A DNA stretch of 64,000 nucleotides from an uncultured Gemmatimonadales bacterium (GCA_963707505.1 CAVPQB010000004.1:64001-128000), one strand, 5' to 3'; shown: positions 48,632 through 60,678, counted from the stretch's first letter. The notes: generated by a model from the letters alone, not told the origin. Program-made: numbers and translations.

Positions 48632-49213
48632 TCAGCTCAGCTCGCGCGCGAGCCATGCCTGCGCGAAGCGCAGATCGCGAAGGACCGTGGGAGCGGAAGT
48701 CGATAACACGCCGGCTGCTTCCTCCAGCGTCAGCCCCGCGAAGTAGCGTAGCTCGACCGCCTTTGCCTGTCTTGGATGAACTTGCTCGAGTCTGGCGAGC
48801 GCGTCGTCGAGCGCAAGCAACGATTCCGGGTCTGAATCCGCACTGGCGGCGGCGTCGGCGAGCTGGGACAGGTCCATGTCGACACGGACAGGCGCGCCGC
48901 CGCGTTTCTGCGCCTGACGGTGTTTCGCGTGATCTATCAACACGCGGCGCATTGCAGTGGACGCAACGGCAAAAAAATGATTGCGGTCCTGCCAGTCAGT
49001 GGTTGCGCCTTCCGTCAGACGAAGATAGGCCTCGTGGACGAGCGCGGACGTATCGAGCGTGTGGTCGACGCGCTCCGCGCGCAGGCGTGCACGGGCGATG
49101 TCGCGCAACTGATTATACACGCGTGGCAACAGATCTTCGAGCGCACCCTGATCACCGTCGCGCCAGCGACGGAGAAACTGCGTGACTTCTGATGGGTCCG
49201 GCGGATTCTGCAT
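48632..49213 (-). CDS. ECF sigma factor, TIGR02999-type (kinase-associated)
   Basis: EVTQFLRRWRDGD..ALEDLLPRVY, HTLDTSALVHEAYLRL, HFFAVASTAMRRVLIDHA, KRGG, VELRYFAGL. Confidence 0.93.
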   Translation of the reverse strand: MQNPPDPSEVTQFLRRWRDGDQGALEDLLPRVYNQLRDIARARLRAERVDHTLDTSALVHEAYLRLTEGATTDWQDRNHFFAVASTAMRRVLIDHAKHRQAQKRGGAPVRVDMDLSQLADAAASADSDPESLLALDDALARLEQVHPRQAKAVELRYFAGLTLEEAAGVLSTSAPTVLRDLRFAQAWLARELS

Positions 49214-49252
49214 CTGGAGTCTCGTAGGTCGCGCGCGGGTCAACACGTTCGA

Positions 49253-49282
49253 TGAAAATCCCGGGTGTAATTCTCGCTTATT
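49253..49282 (+). promoter_or_regulatory. Candidate ECF promoter, copy 1
   Basis: TGAAAATCCCG-GGTGTA-ATTCTCGCTTATT; matches the copy at 53405. Confidence 0.55.
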
Positions 49283-49333
49283 CCAGCGATGCTCATGAAG
49301 GAATCTTACATCTGTGGACAGAACAAGAGGCAT

Positions 49334-49793
49334 ATGCACCAAATTCCCGGTACCGATAAATCAGAATCGTCCAAGCCCGTATATCCTGGCCGGCCGGCTG
49401 GATCAACGGCGAACGCCGACGCCGATGTGGGCCGTTACTATGTATTCGTCGATCAGGTACTGCAGCGCGGCATGATGGAAGGCGTGGATGAATTTCTGGC
49501 CGACGACTTCATCGAACATGGCATCGGCGGGGATCACCCGCAGGGACGAATTTCTCTCACGCGTCCGCGGTCAGCGTGCACGATTTCCGGATGCCGTTTG
49601 GACGATCGAGCTGCTGGTAGCGGTGAACGGACTGGTTCTCTGTCATGCGACGATGACGGGATCCGAACAGGCGGCTGCCACGACACATACGTGGGAAAGT
49701 GTCGTCGTACGATTCGCTGCCGGAAAGATGGCCGAGTGCTGGCGCATGCGCGACGAGACGCCGGTCACGAATGGGAATGAAGCGCGAGCGTGA
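49334..49793 (+). CDS. SnoaL-like/ester cyclase family protein (frameshift near 49540)
   Basis: VDEFLADDFIEH then RARFPDAVWTIE...VVRFAAGKMAECW; one extra C in a C-run joins the frames. Confidence 0.8.
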
Positions 49794-52700
49794 TCGCATC
49801 GTCGACAGAAGTTGTGGCGCCTGACTGCCAGGCGCGAGCGAACGCGTCGTCTCCCATCATGGATGACAATGACACTCGCGATCGTTCGTGCGCTGCTTCG
49901 TAGCGTGGCGGCCGGCGAGCGCCGAGCATTTCGCGACCATGGCCAGCCGCCGCGAGTAGCGTCGCTGCAAGCTCGGGGCGACCGGGAGCGAGTGTGAGAA
50001 TCGCGATCGCTTCGATACAATCGATGGCGACGGGAATTGCGCCGAAATCGCGTGCGGTAGCGAGCGCGCGGGCGAGCTCATCCCACGCCTGAACTTCATT
50101 GCCCAGCGCGTGAAGTACCGTGCCGAGTAGCAGACGGGCCTCTGCAACACCGTGCAATCCTCCGGTCTGACGACGGACGTCGAGTGCCTCGTCGAGGATC
50201 TGGTGGGCGTGATCGAGGCGACCGTCATCACGCAACATTGCGCCGAGCTCCGTGAGCGTGTATGCGATGGGCCATAGACGTCCACCCTGCTCGCGCAATT
50301 CCGGCAGATACTTCACCTCGATCGCAGTGACATGGTCACCCGGCTCACCGGCCGCATGCCGCGCAGCGGCGAGCCGGACGAAGCTCAGCACCCGGTAGCC
50401 GTGATCGGCCACCGGTTCCAGCATGTCTATTGCACGTGTGTGCAGCTCGATCGCGCGTGTGAAATCGCCGCGCCGGGCGGCCAGCACGCCGGTCCATCCC
50501 AGCGTGAAAGCAGCCGCCCTGCGATCGCCGCGCTGTTGTTGTGACGCAACAGCATTCGCGAAGCAGGTTTCGGCGCGAGAATACTGTCCACGCTCCATCG
50601 CGATCCAGCCAAGCGTATTGAGCGACAGCGTAGCGCCAAGCGCATCGCCAGCCTTATCGTGCATCTCCATGGCTGTGGTGGCCATCTGCTCACCTGCGTT
50701 CATGTCGCCAATTATCCACGCCGACCATGCGAGATTGTTCAACGTCGTCGCGACGCCGGCCTCATCACCTGCCTCGCGGTGCAGTGCAAGGCTTCGCGCA
50801 AAGAGGTCGTGTGCCTCGGGAAATACGCTGCGCGTATTCGCGAGCTGACCGGCACTGCTCAGCAGTCCCGCACGCAGTTTGATGTCGAGCGCGTTGCTCC
50901 CAGTGTCGCGCAGTGCAGCATCGTCCGCGGCTTCGATCACTCGACGCAGGTACTCCACGCCCTCCAAGAGCGGCCCGCGTGTAAGCCACAGCCGATGCAA
51001 TGCGATCGTAAGTCGCGCGGCGGTTACAAGCCGTTCGGGCGATTGCGCGCGCGCTTCGCCGAGCGCGGTGTCGATCGCAATGCGGCAGTTCGCGTATTCC
51101 CGCTCCAGTCGATCCAGCCATTCAGCCTGTGCCGGACCGCGGAGCTGAGTCGCGGCGCGCTCCGCCAGAGACAGGTAATATGCGCCATGTGCGCGCCGTG
51201 CCTCGGCCTCGCCGTCAGCCGCGCGCAGCCGATCCAGTGCAAACTCGCGCACAGTCTCCAGCATGATGAAGCGCGGCTCTCCGTCTGACTGCTCTTCGTG
51301 ACGTAGCAGGCTCTTGTTGCATAGAGATCCAAGCAGGTCGAGTACTGCGAAGGATGAGTGCGTCCCTCCATGCGGGAGATGCGTTGCATCATACATCGCT
51401 TCTGCTGCTTCGATCGAAACACCGGCAGCAAATACCGACAGCGTGTTGAAGAGCGTCCGCTCGGCATCGGTGAGCAGCACGTAGCTCCAGTCGATGACGT
51501 TACGCATCGTGCTGTGACGTGCCGGACGGTCATGGGAACCTGCCTGTAGCAGATCGAATCTGCTCTCCAGTCGCGCGAGCATCGCGCGGGGCGATAGCAG
51601 CTTCGCTCGCGCCGCCGCGAGCTCGAGTGCAAGGGGAAGCCCGTCGAGTCGCCTGCAGATCTCCGCTACAGCCAACAGGCCGTCGTCGTTCAGAGTGAAG
51701 TCCGGCCGAACTGCGCGTGCACGCTGCACGAAAAGGCGGACTGCTTCGCTGCTTGCTGCGTCGGAATCTGTCGACGATGGCGTCGTTAGTGGCGGCACGG
51801 GGAGTTCCTGCTCTCCCTGCACGCCGAGTGGGATTCTGCTCGTGACCAGTACCGAGACCCGAGGGCACTCCGCGAGGAGCGCGGATACGAACGTCGCGGC
51901 CTGAATTACATGCTCGAAGTTGTCGAGCACTACGAGGGCGCGTCGCTTACGCAGCGCGGCGATCACCCGGTCGCGCGGATTGCTGCCCCCGAGATCGCGC
52001 AGACCCATGGTCTGCGCGAGAATCGACGGAACCAGGGCAGGATCCGAGATCTCCCCGAGCGGCACGAACCAGATTCCGTCGATATCCTCGTCGTGCAGGT
52101 TGGCGGCAAGTTGTAGTGCGAGACGAGTCTTGCCGGTACCGCCCGGACCGGTGAGCGTGAGCAGGCGGGTTTGCGACAGGAGATCGCGTGCAAGCTCGAT
52201 TTCCCGCTCGCGGCCTACGAAACTCGTCACGGGGCTCGGCAGCGCGACGCTCGCCGATGCGCGTGTCATGGCCGCGCTCTCATCCTCGTTCATGCAGTTG
52301 GCGAGCGCGCGACTCACGATTGCTGCGCTCCTTACACGTCGTGCGGCGTCGTTTGTCAGGAGATTCGCAAGCAACTCGCGGATTTCCGGCGGTGCATGAA
52401 CATCGTCCGGCAGCGGCGGCGCCGGGTCGTCGTTGGCGAGCGCTCGTAACAGTGTCTCCGCGTTCGATGCCGTGAATGGACGAACGCCTGCGAGCATCTC
52501 GTACAACAGCACACCCAGCGCCCACAGGTCGGTACGGTGGTCCACCGGCTCTCCGCGCGCCTGCTCCGGCGACATGTAGGCGATGGTCCCGATCGTGATT
52601 TCATCCTTCGTCGACATGCTTCCCGTCATCAGCTTCGCCGCACCGAAGTCTGCGAGCTTGACGGCGCCGTCGGCGTCGAACAACACATTTGCCGGCTTGA

Positions 52701-53325
52701 CGTCTCGATGAACGATTCCCGCCGAATGCGCGGCGTCAAGAGCGCTCGCGATCTGCGCGGCGATGCGAAGGGCGTCGGCCAGCGGCAGTGCACCATTCGC
52801 GATGCGGTCACGGAGCGTTTCGCCGGGATAGTAAGACATCGCGATGAACGCTCGTCGATGTCCGTCCTCGCCGACGTCGTGCACCGTTGCGACGTGCCGA
52901 TGGTCCAGCTTCGCCGCAGCGCGTGCCTCCGCCAGGAATCGTGCCCGTCCTGAAGAATCATCGCTTGCGGAGCCGCGAAGAAATTTGAGCGCCACCGGCC
53001 GCTCGAGCTGAGTATCCCATGCGAGATGGACGTCGCCTGTCGCACCCTGGCCAAGACGGCTCTGTAACTGGTACCGTCCAGCGATGACGTCGCCTGCCTC
53101 GCAATCGACGCCACGGTCAGCGGCTGTGTGTGTGAGAACCCCGAGGAAGTCACCAGCACGGTCTGCGGCGGCGAGCAGCGATGTTACTTCGTTAGCGACA
53201 GCGGCAGAAACATCGGGTGTGGACGCCAGCTGTCTCACACGCGTCTCGCGCGCGGCGGGTCCGAGCTCCATGAGCTCGTCGAAGAGGCGCTCCACCTCTG
53301 CATTCCGCTCCTGCGACACGCCCAA
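49765..53325 (-). CDS. Ser/Thr kinase + STAND (AfsR/NB-ARC-like) ATPase + TPR protein
   Basis: VALK, HRDVKPAN, DFG, GTIAYMSPE; SFVGRERE, GPGGTGKT, LVVLDNFEH, LDGLPLALELAA; C-terminal TPR helices; no evident TM. Confidence 0.93.
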   Translation of the reverse strand: MGVSQERNAEVERLFDELMELGPAARETRVRQLASTPDVSAAVANEVTSLLAAADRAGDFLGVLTHTAADRGVDCEAGDVIAGRYQLQSRLGQGATGDVHLAWDTQLERPVALKFLRGSASDDSSGRARFLAEARAAAKLDHRHVATVHDVGEDGHRRAFIAMSYYPGETLRDRIANGALPLADALRIAAQIASALDAAHSAGIVHRDVKPANVLFDADGAVKLADFGAAKLMTGSMSTKDEITIGTIAYMSPEQARGEPVDHRTDLWALGVLLYEMLAGVRPFTASNAETLLRALANDDPAPPLPDDVHAPPEIRELLANLLTNDAARRVRSAAIVSRALANCMNEDESAAMTRASASVALPSPVTSFVGREREIELARDLLSQTRLLTLTGPGGTGKTRLALQLAANLHDEDIDGIWFVPLGEISDPALVPSILAQTMGLRDLGGSNPRDRVIAALRKRRALVVLDNFEHVIQAATFVSALLAECPRVSVLVTSRIPLGVQGEQELPVPPLTTPSSTDSDAASSEAVRLFVQRARAVRPDFTLNDDGLLAVAEICRRLDGLPLALELAAARAKLLSPRAMLARLESRFDLLQAGSHDRPARHSTMRNVIDWSYVLLTDAERTLFNTLSVFAAGVSIEAAEAMYDATHLPHGGTHSSFAVLDLLGSLCNKSLLRHEEQSDGEPRFIMLETVREFALDRLRAADGEAEARRAHGAYYLSLAERAATQLRGPAQAEWLDRLEREYANCRIAIDTALGEARAQSPERLVTAARLTIALHRLWLTRGPLLEGVEYLRRVIEAADDAALRDTGSNALDIKLRAGLLSSAGQLANTRSVFPEAHDLFARSLALHREAGDEAGVATTLNNLAWSAWIIGDMNAGEQMATTAMEMHDKAGDALGATLSLNTLGWIAMERGQYSRAETCFANAVASQQQRGDRRAAAFTLGWTGVLAARRGDFTRAIELHTRAIDMLEPVADHGYRVLSFVRLAAARHAAGEPGDHVTAIEVKYLPELREQGGRLWPIAYTLTELGAMLRDDGRLDHAHQILDEALDVRRQTGGLHGVAEARLLLGTVLHALGNEVQAWDELARALATARDFGAIPVAIDCIEAIAILTLAPGRPELAATLLAAAGHGREMLGARRPPRYEAAHERSRVSLSSMMGDDAFARAWQSGATTSVDDAITLALHSHS

Positions 53326-53404
53326 TCATACCACCGGAACCGGTCGTGAGACAGCGCCGGCAGGTCGTTTTCAGGCGGGTCCGAAATCTTGCCGGCGAGT
53401 TGCG

Positions 53405-53434
53405 TGAAATATCCCGCACCCGATTTTCGCTATT
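53405..53434 (+). promoter_or_regulatory. Candidate ECF promoter, copy 2
   Basis: TGAAATATCCCG-CACCCG-ATTTTCGCTATT upstream of the DUF5602-like gene. Confidence 0.55.
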
Positions 53435-53524
53435 GGAGTGTCAGGCAGCAACAGGCGCTGCAGCATGTGCGGCAGCATGTGCTGCAGCATGCCCGGCTTG
53501 GGGCGAACACTCAGGAGTGAGACC

Positions 53525-54334
53525 ATGAACACGAAACGATTCATCGGCATCGCCGCAGTAGTGGCGACCGCGACCGCGGCCATCGCGATTGCCTGCTCCA
53601 ACACCGAGGCGCCGGACTCGAAAGCGGGTACGTTCTACGGGCCGTCGCAGAGCTTCGCGCAGGGAACCGCGCGCGCGTGGGTGCAGACCGACGCGGCCGG
53701 CGACGCGACTGCACTGGGTATTGCCATGACCGAACAGGCTCTCAACGGCCTGCCTGCGACGGCGACCGGTCCGAGCCCCACCGCGCTGATGGTCACGCTG
53801 CCGCTACCAGCACAGGCGCAGGGTCACGGCTTCGACCACGCCGAGCTGGGGTGGAATCCAAATGGGCACGAGCCACCGCAGCTGTATGGCGTGCCGCACT
53901 TCGACCTGCACTTCTACATGGTGAGTAGTGCAGCGCAGAACGCCATTCTCCCGAGTGATCCGCAGTACGGCGCCAAGGCGGCGAATTATCCGTCGGCGAA
54001 TATGATACCGACGGGTTACGTTCCCCCTCCGGGCGTCGCAGCCACCAACGCCGTGCCGCAGATGGGTCTTCACTGGACCGACACCAAGGCGCCCGAGCTG
54101 AACGGGCAGGGATTCACCAACACGTTCATCTTTGGGTCGTGGGATGGAAAGTTCATCTTCCTCGAGCCGATGATCACCAAGGCGTATCTCGAGACGCATC
54201 CCAATGCAACTCACGCCATTCCGCAGCCTGCTGACTGGGGCACGTCGGGTCGTTTCCCAACGAGTTACACGGTCAGCTACGATCAATCGGCGAAGGAGTA
54301 TCGCTTCACGCTCGGCGGGTTGACGCAGCACTGA
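53525..54334 (+). CDS. DUF5602/TTHB210-like lipoprotein
   Basis: RBS CAGGAG; lipobox IAC; WNPNGHEP..LYGVPHFDLHFY, VPQMGLHW, FTNTFIFGSWDG.FIFLEPMIT. Confidence 0.82.
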   Translation: MNTKRFIGIAAVVATATAAIAIACSNTEAPDSKAGTFYGPSQSFAQGTARAWVQTDAAGDATALGIAMTEQALNGLPATATGPSPTALMVTLPLPAQAQGHGFDHAELGWNPNGHEPPQLYGVPHFDLHFYMVSSAAQNAILPSDPQYGAKAANYPSANMIPTGYVPPPGVAATNAVPQMGLHWTDTKAPELNGQGFTNTFIFGSWDGKFIFLEPMITKAYLETHPNATHAIPQPADWGTSGRFPTSYTVSYDQSAKEYRFTLGGLTQH

Positions 54335-54427
54335 CGCAGCACTGACGCCGATCGACCTGGCGGGTGACGCTGGCTGTACTTGCTGTGGCTGTACTTGTGG
54401 CTGTACTTGTGGCGCGCATCGGGGTAA

Positions 54428-55549
<1,122 letters not shown>

Positions 55550-55554
55550 ATCAA

Positions 55555-56541
55555 ATGCAGAAACGACATCTTGGACGTGACCGGCTGGAAGTATCTGCAC
55601 TCGGACTCGGGTGTATGGGGATGAGCGACTTCTACGGTGCGCACGATGACAACGAATCGATTGCGACGATCCATCGTGCGATCGAGCTTGGAGTAACGCT
55701 GCTCGATACCGCGGACATGTATGGGCCGTTCACGAACGAACGGCTAGTCGGGAAGGCGATTCATGATCGTCGCGACAGGGTCATGATCGCGACCAAATTC
55801 GGGAACATGCGCTCGGAGTCGGGCGCCTATCTCGGCATCAATGGGTCGCCGGACTACGTGCGCAAGGCATGCGATGCATCGCTCGGACGGCTCGGCGTGG
55901 ATCACATCGATCTCTACTATCAGCATCGTGTCGATCCCAAGGTGCCCATCGAGGATACGGTGGGAGCGATGGCAGATCTCGTGCGCGCTGGAAAGGTGCG
56001 GCATATCGGAATGAGCGAGGCCGCGCCGGCTACACTGCGGCGTGCCAATGCGGTGCATCCCATCACTGCATTGCAGACCGAGTATTCACTCTGGAGTCGC
56101 GACGTGGAGGATGAGATCCTTCCAACGTGCCGTGAGCTTGGCGTCGGCTTCGTCGCCTACAGTCCACTCGGCCGTGGCTTTCTCACCGGCAAATTCAAGA
56201 GTGAGAGCGACCTTCCCGCTGACGACTGGCGTCGCAACAATCCGCGCTTTCAGGGTGAGAACTTCGACAGGAATCTGGATCTCGTGCGGCACGTCGAGCA
56301 GTTGGCGAAGTCGAAAGGCTGCACGCCATCGCAGATCGCGCTCGCGTGGCTGCTCAATCGGGGCGACGATATCGTGCCGATTCCGGGGACCAGGCACGAG
56401 AAGTACCTGGAGGAGAACGTCGGTGCGCTTGACGTCACACTCACGGCCGCGGACATGTCGCGCATCGATGAGATCGCACCGCACGGAGTCGCGGCGGGAG
56501 AGCGGTATGCCGAGGGCGGGATGAGGTCAGTGGGTTTGTAA
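55555..56541 (+). CDS. Aldo/keto reductase (tandem paralog)
   Basis: [40 protein letters not shown]. Confidence 0.95.
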   Translation: MQKRHLGRDRLEVSALGLGCMGMSDFYGAHDDNESIATIHRAIELGVTLLDTADMYGPFTNERLVGKAIHDRRDRVMIATKFGNMRSESGAYLGINGSPDYVRKACDASLGRLGVDHIDLYYQHRVDPKVPIEDTVGAMADLVRAGKVRHIGMSEAAPATLRRANAVHPITALQTEYSLWSRDVEDEILPTCRELGVGFVAYSPLGRGFLTGKFKSESDLPADDWRRNNPRFQGENFDRNLDLVRHVEQLAKSKGCTPSQIALAWLLNRGDDIVPIPGTRHEKYLEENVGALDVTLTAADMSRIDEIAPHGVAAGERYAEGGMRSVGL

Positions 56542-56554
56542 ACACTCCAGATGG

Positions 56555-56657
56555 CGTCGTTCCCGCGAAAGCGGGAACCGATGTTATCGATCTCTGAGTG
56601 AGATGACGGGTGAAGTGGGTCGGCAGCAGATGGATTCCCGCGTTCGCGGGAATGACG
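56555..56657. repeat. REP-like palindrome pair, same family as 7388-7487
   Basis: cgtcgttcccgcgaaagcgggaacc ... tggattcccgcgttcgcgggaatgacg in inverted orientation. Confidence 0.85.
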
Positions 56658-56728
56658 AGTCTCGCTTTCTCTCTCTCTCTCCTCTCCTTCGGCCCCTTGC
56701 CAGCCTGACATCGGGTCTTTTACATTAT

Positions 56729-56769
56729 CCATTATTAATCACCTACTTAAACTAACTGATTAATAATGG
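56729..56769. promoter_or_regulatory. AT-rich inverted repeat, probable TetR operator
   Basis: ccattattaatca-N15-tgattaataatgg, perfect 13-bp arms overlapping the TetR ATG. Confidence 0.7.
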
Positions 56770-57401
56770 CTGCAGATAAAGACGGCGAAACCGAGGCGCG
56801 GATTCTTCGAGCGGCGCGCACCGTCTTCGTGCGGCACGGAACCGCCGGCGCGCGAATGCAGGAGATCGCCGAGGAGGCCGGCGTCAACCAGGCGCTGCTG
56901 CACTATTACTTCCGGTCCAAGGACCGCCTGGCGCAGGCTGTCTTCCGCGATGTTGCGGGGCGGATGGTGCCGTCGATCGTCGCCGTGTTCGGCTCCGAGA
57001 GCAGCATCGAGCAGAAGGTCGAGCAGTTCGTGCACCTCTACATCGACGTGGTGCGGCAGAGTCCGTTCATCCCGGGTTATATCGTCGCGGAGCTGCACTT
57101 CAATCCGGAGCGGCTAACGGCACTGGCGTCGGAAATCGCGGGTACACATCCAGCCAGTGTGATGCAGGCATTCCTGCCACGACTCGGCGCACAGATCGAC
57201 GAGCAGGTGAAGATCGGCGCGATGCGCTCGATCGCGCCTGACCAGTTTCTCGTGAATCTGGTCGCGTTGTGCGTCTTTCCGTTCGTCGCGAGGCCGGTGC
57301 TGCGCATCGTATTCGGCCAGGACGACGCTGCATTCTCGCGATTCCTCGACGAGCGGAGACGAGAGCTTCCTGACTTCATCCTCAACGCGCTGAGGCCGTG
57401 A
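56766..57401 (+). CDS. TetR/AcrR-family regulator
   Basis: RILRAARTVF..HG...ARMQEIAEEAGVNQALLHYYFRSKDRL. Confidence 0.94.
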   Translation: MAADKDGETEARILRAARTVFVRHGTAGARMQEIAEEAGVNQALLHYYFRSKDRLAQAVFRDVAGRMVPSIVAVFGSESSIEQKVEQFVHLYIDVVRQSPFIPGYIVAELHFNPERLTALASEIAGTHPASVMQAFLPRLGAQIDEQVKIGAMRSIAPDQFLVNLVALCVFPFVARPVLRIVFGQDDAAFSRFLDERRRELPDFILNALRP

Positions 57402-58727
57402 TGAAGTGTGGTCAACCAATCAATGCCGTTGTGTGTGCGGTGATTTCGATGTGTGCCGGTCCCGTTGATGCTGCACGCACAACAGTCCGCCGCGCGTGAC
57501 TCGCTTCGGCTCGGGGACCTGCAGAACCGCGCTGTGCAACACGACCCGCGCACCCGGCAGCTCGATCTGCTGTCGTCACAGTCGGCGCTCCGGATGCAGG
57601 ACATCGATGCGTCACGGCTTCCCACAATCGGCGCGAATGCGCAGGCGCAGTATCAATCGCAAGTGGTGACTCTCCCACTCCAGCTTCCGAACGGACTGTC
57701 GTTTCCCGTTCCGCCGCACGACACGTACGACGCGCACGTCGGAGCGCAGCAGCCGATCTACGACCCGACAGTGAGCGCCCGACGCGGCGTCGAGCGCGCG
57801 CAGCTTGCAGCGTCGGAGGCGGGTGTTCAGGCATCCACGTTCGCCCTGCGACAGAACGTCAACGACGCGTACTTCTCTGCGTTGCTGCAACAGGCTCAAC
57901 GCGCGGAGCAGGAGACCGCGATCACGGACCTGCAGGCCAGGCGAAAGGTCGCCGCCAGCCGCGTAGCGCAGGGATCGGCGTTGCCCAGTGAGACGGACAT
58001 GCTCGATGCGGAGATCCTGCGTCGCCGTCAGGCGGTTGCGCAGCTTGCCGCCAGCCGCGATGCTGCACTCGTCGTGCTCGGCGATCTCACCGGCCAGGAG
58101 ATAACGAGCGCGGATGCACTCGTCCTGCCGGATCTGGGCGCGGAGGTTGCGCGAGCACGACAGGGCGTCGACACGTTGCGTGCGCGGCCGGAATACGAGC
58201 AGTTCGCGCGCACACGTGACGTTTTGGCGCAGCAGCAGGTATCGCTCGGCGCGGCAGATCTGCCGCGCGTGTCCGCATTCGGACGCGCTGGATACGGTCG
58301 ACCCGGGTTGAATCCGCTGGCGCAGGAATTCAGCAACTACTGGCTCGCCGGCGTTCAGGTCGAGTGGACACCATGGAACTGGGGCGCGACGAGACGCGAT
58401 CACGAGGTGTTGGCGCTGCAGCGAGAGATCGTTGCCACCAATGAGGCAGCATTCACGCAGAGTGTTCGACGAGCGATCGCGCATGACGTCGCCTCGATCG
58501 ATCAGCTGGCGCAAACGCTCGCGGATGACGATGCGATCGTCGCTCTGCGCGAGAAGATTCTGCGCGAGACCGGATTTCGATTTTCGGAAGGCGTGATCAC
58601 GTCGGCGGAATACGTGGATCGCGAAACCGACCTGCTGGACGCGCGGCTGTCGCGCGCCACGCATCGCGTGCAACTCGCACAGGCGCGCGCGAACTTTCTG
58701 ACATCACTCGGCTTGGGGGTTCACTGA
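57401..58727 (+). CDS. TolC-family outer-membrane efflux protein (signal peptide probably split by a frameshift near 57450)
   Basis: OEP repeats (QPIYD, VNDAYF, GVQVEWTPWNWG, FSEGVITSAEY); an upstream ATG at 57401 encodes MKCGQPINAVVCAVISM in another frame. Confidence 0.85.
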
Positions 58728-59707
58728 TGATTCGCTCTGGTGTTACCGGCATCGGCGGAACGCGCTGCGGGGCGCTGGCGCTGGCCGTCAGTTTCACTTT
58801 CGCCGGTTGCGGGGGTGGAAACAAGCCTGATGCGTACGGCAACTTCGAGGCGACGGAGGTCGTGGTATCGGCGCAAACAGCGGGACAGATTCAGCGCTTT
58901 ACTCCCGTTGAAGGAATGCAGCTCGTGCGCGGCGCCGAGGTAGCGCTTGTCGATACGACACAGCTTGCGCTGCAGCGGCGACAGGTAGACGAGCAGCGCA
59001 ACGCGGCGAACGAGCGCAGTACGGAAGCTGCGAGACAGTTGAAGGTGTTGCTGGTGCAACGGGACGTATCGCAGCGGGCATACGAGCGCACTCAGCGGCT
59101 TCACGCGGAGCAGGCGGCCACGGCCCAGCAGTTGGATCAGTCCGAGCGGGATTATCGCACGTTGCTGGCGCAGATAGAAGCTGCGCGCGCACAGAGCAGG
59201 AGCGTCGGGATGGAGGCTGCGTCGGCGGATGCGCAGGTGGCGCAGATCCGCGACCGGATCGGCAAGAGCCTGGTGACGAATCCGCAGACCGGGACGGTGC
59301 TGACTACGTACGCGCGCGCGGGCGAGGTGGTGCAGGCCGGAACACCACTCTACCGGATCGCGGATCTCGACACTCTGGTACTGCGCGCGTACGTGAGCGA
59401 GCCGCAACTGACGTCATTCAGGGTTGGGCAGATTGTCGACGTGCATGTCGATCGAGGCGGTCATGTAATGACGCTGCCCGGCACTGTAAGCTGGGTATCA
59501 TCGACGTCGGAATTCACACCGACGCCGGTGCAGACGCGCGATGAGCGCGCGGATCTCGTGTACGCTGTCAAGGTGCGAGTCGTCAATCGCGATGGCGCGC
59601 TCAAGATCGGGATGCCGGCGGACATGTCCATTCGAGCGACGAGTGCAAATCCCAATGCAAATCCCGCCGCAAACACGGATTCACCCGCGCCGCCACACAG
59701 CTCGTGA
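58727..59707 (+). CDS. HlyD/YbhG-like periplasmic adaptor subunit
   Basis: Lipobox FAGC; YGNFEATEV.VSA; SEFTPTPVQT..ERADLVYAVK; LKIGMPAD. Confidence 0.92.
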   Translation: MIRSGVTGIGGTRCGALALAVSFTFAGCGGGNKPDAYGNFEATEVVVSAQTAGQIQRFTPVEGMQLVRGAEVALVDTTQLALQRRQVDEQRNAANERSTEAARQLKVLLVQRDVSQRAYERTQRLHAEQAATAQQLDQSERDYRTLLAQIEAARAQSRSVGMEAASADAQVAQIRDRIGKSLVTNPQTGTVLTTYARAGEVVQAGTPLYRIADLDTLVLRAYVSEPQLTSFRVGQIVDVHVDRGGHVMTLPGTVSWVSSTSEFTPTPVQTRDERADLVYAVKVRVVNRDGALKIGMPADMSIRATSANPNANPAANTDSPAPPHSS

Positions 59708-60678
59708 CGGACCAGGGAGTGCCGAGTTCGCAAGCGCCGCTGGAAGTTCGCGGCGTATCCAGGCGCTTCGGGGAAACTGTCGCGCTGTCGGACGTCTCGT
59801 TCGACGTGAAGGCTGGCGAGCTGTTTGGACTTGTGGGGCCGGACGGTGCTGGGAAGACCACGCTGTTTCGCATTCTGACGACGCTGCTCGTCCCGGATTC
59901 CGGCTCCGCGACCGTGTTGGGACTGGACGTGGTGCGCGATCTGTGGGCGATTCGCTCTCGCGTCGGCTACATGCCAGGACGATTCTCACTCTACGCCGAT
60001 CTGAGCGTCGAGGAAAACCTGAGCTTTTTCGCTTCGGTGTTTGGTACGAGCATCGATGAAGGACGTGCCATCATCGCACCGATCTACGAGCAGATAGAGT
60101 CCTTCAAGGATCGTCGCGCTGGCGCTCTATCCGGTGGAATGAAGCAGAAGCTGGCGCTTTGCTGCGCACTGGTCCACCGTCCCGAGATTCTTTTTCTCGA
60201 CGAGCCGACGACTGGTGTTGACGCGGTCTCGCGACGGGAATTCTGGGATCTGCTTGGCGCGCTCAAAAAATCGGGTCTGCCAATTCTGGTATCGACCGCT
60301 TACATGGACGAGGCGACGCGTTGCGACCGGGTCGGGCTTATCCAGCAAGGGCGTATTCTTGCCGTCGACGCGCCTGCGGCGATCGCGGCGCGATACCCGC
60401 ATCCGCTGATCGCCGTGCATGCAAACGAGCGACACAGGCTGATCCAGTTGCTGCGGGATTACCAGCACGCGAAATCCGTCTACCCGTTCGGAGACGAAGT
60501 CCATTACAGCGATGCGCGGACAGGGATGGCGACGGCTGATATCGGGGCGGAGCTGCGCGAGTATCTCCTCGGCAAAGGATTCACGGGTATTCGCGTGGCA
60601 CCGATCTCCGCTGGCGTCGAGGACGCGTTCATGGAGTTGATGGGGCAGCCAGAGCCGGTCGTCAGGGCGGCTGCATGA
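59704..60678 (+). CDS. ABC transporter ATP-binding protein
   Basis: GPDGAGKTT, LSGGMKQK, LDEPTTGVD. Confidence 0.95.
   Translation: MTDQGVPSSQAPLEVRGVSRRFGETVALSDVSFDVKAGELFGLVGPDGAGKTTLFRILTTLLVPDSGSATVLGLDVVRDLWAIRSRVGYMPGRFSLYADLSVEENLSFFASVFGTSIDEGRAIIAPIYEQIESFKDRRAGALSGGMKQKLALCCALVHRPEILFLDEPTTGVDAVSRREFWDLLGALKKSGLPILVSTAYMDEATRCDRVGLIQQGRILAVDAPAAIAARYPHPLIAVHANERHRLIQLLRDYQHAKSVYPFGDEVHYSDARTGMATADIGAELREYLLGKGFTGIRVAPISAGVEDAFMELMGQPEPVVRAAA

Noticed and set aside
49765..53325. Avs-type antiphage STAND defence system
   Set aside because: The ATPase is AfsR-like, and the context is an ECF sigma with no defence or mobile genes; signalling is more parsimonious, though defence is not excluded.
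57612..58673. 353-aa minus-strand ORF
   Set aside because: Antisense to TolC.
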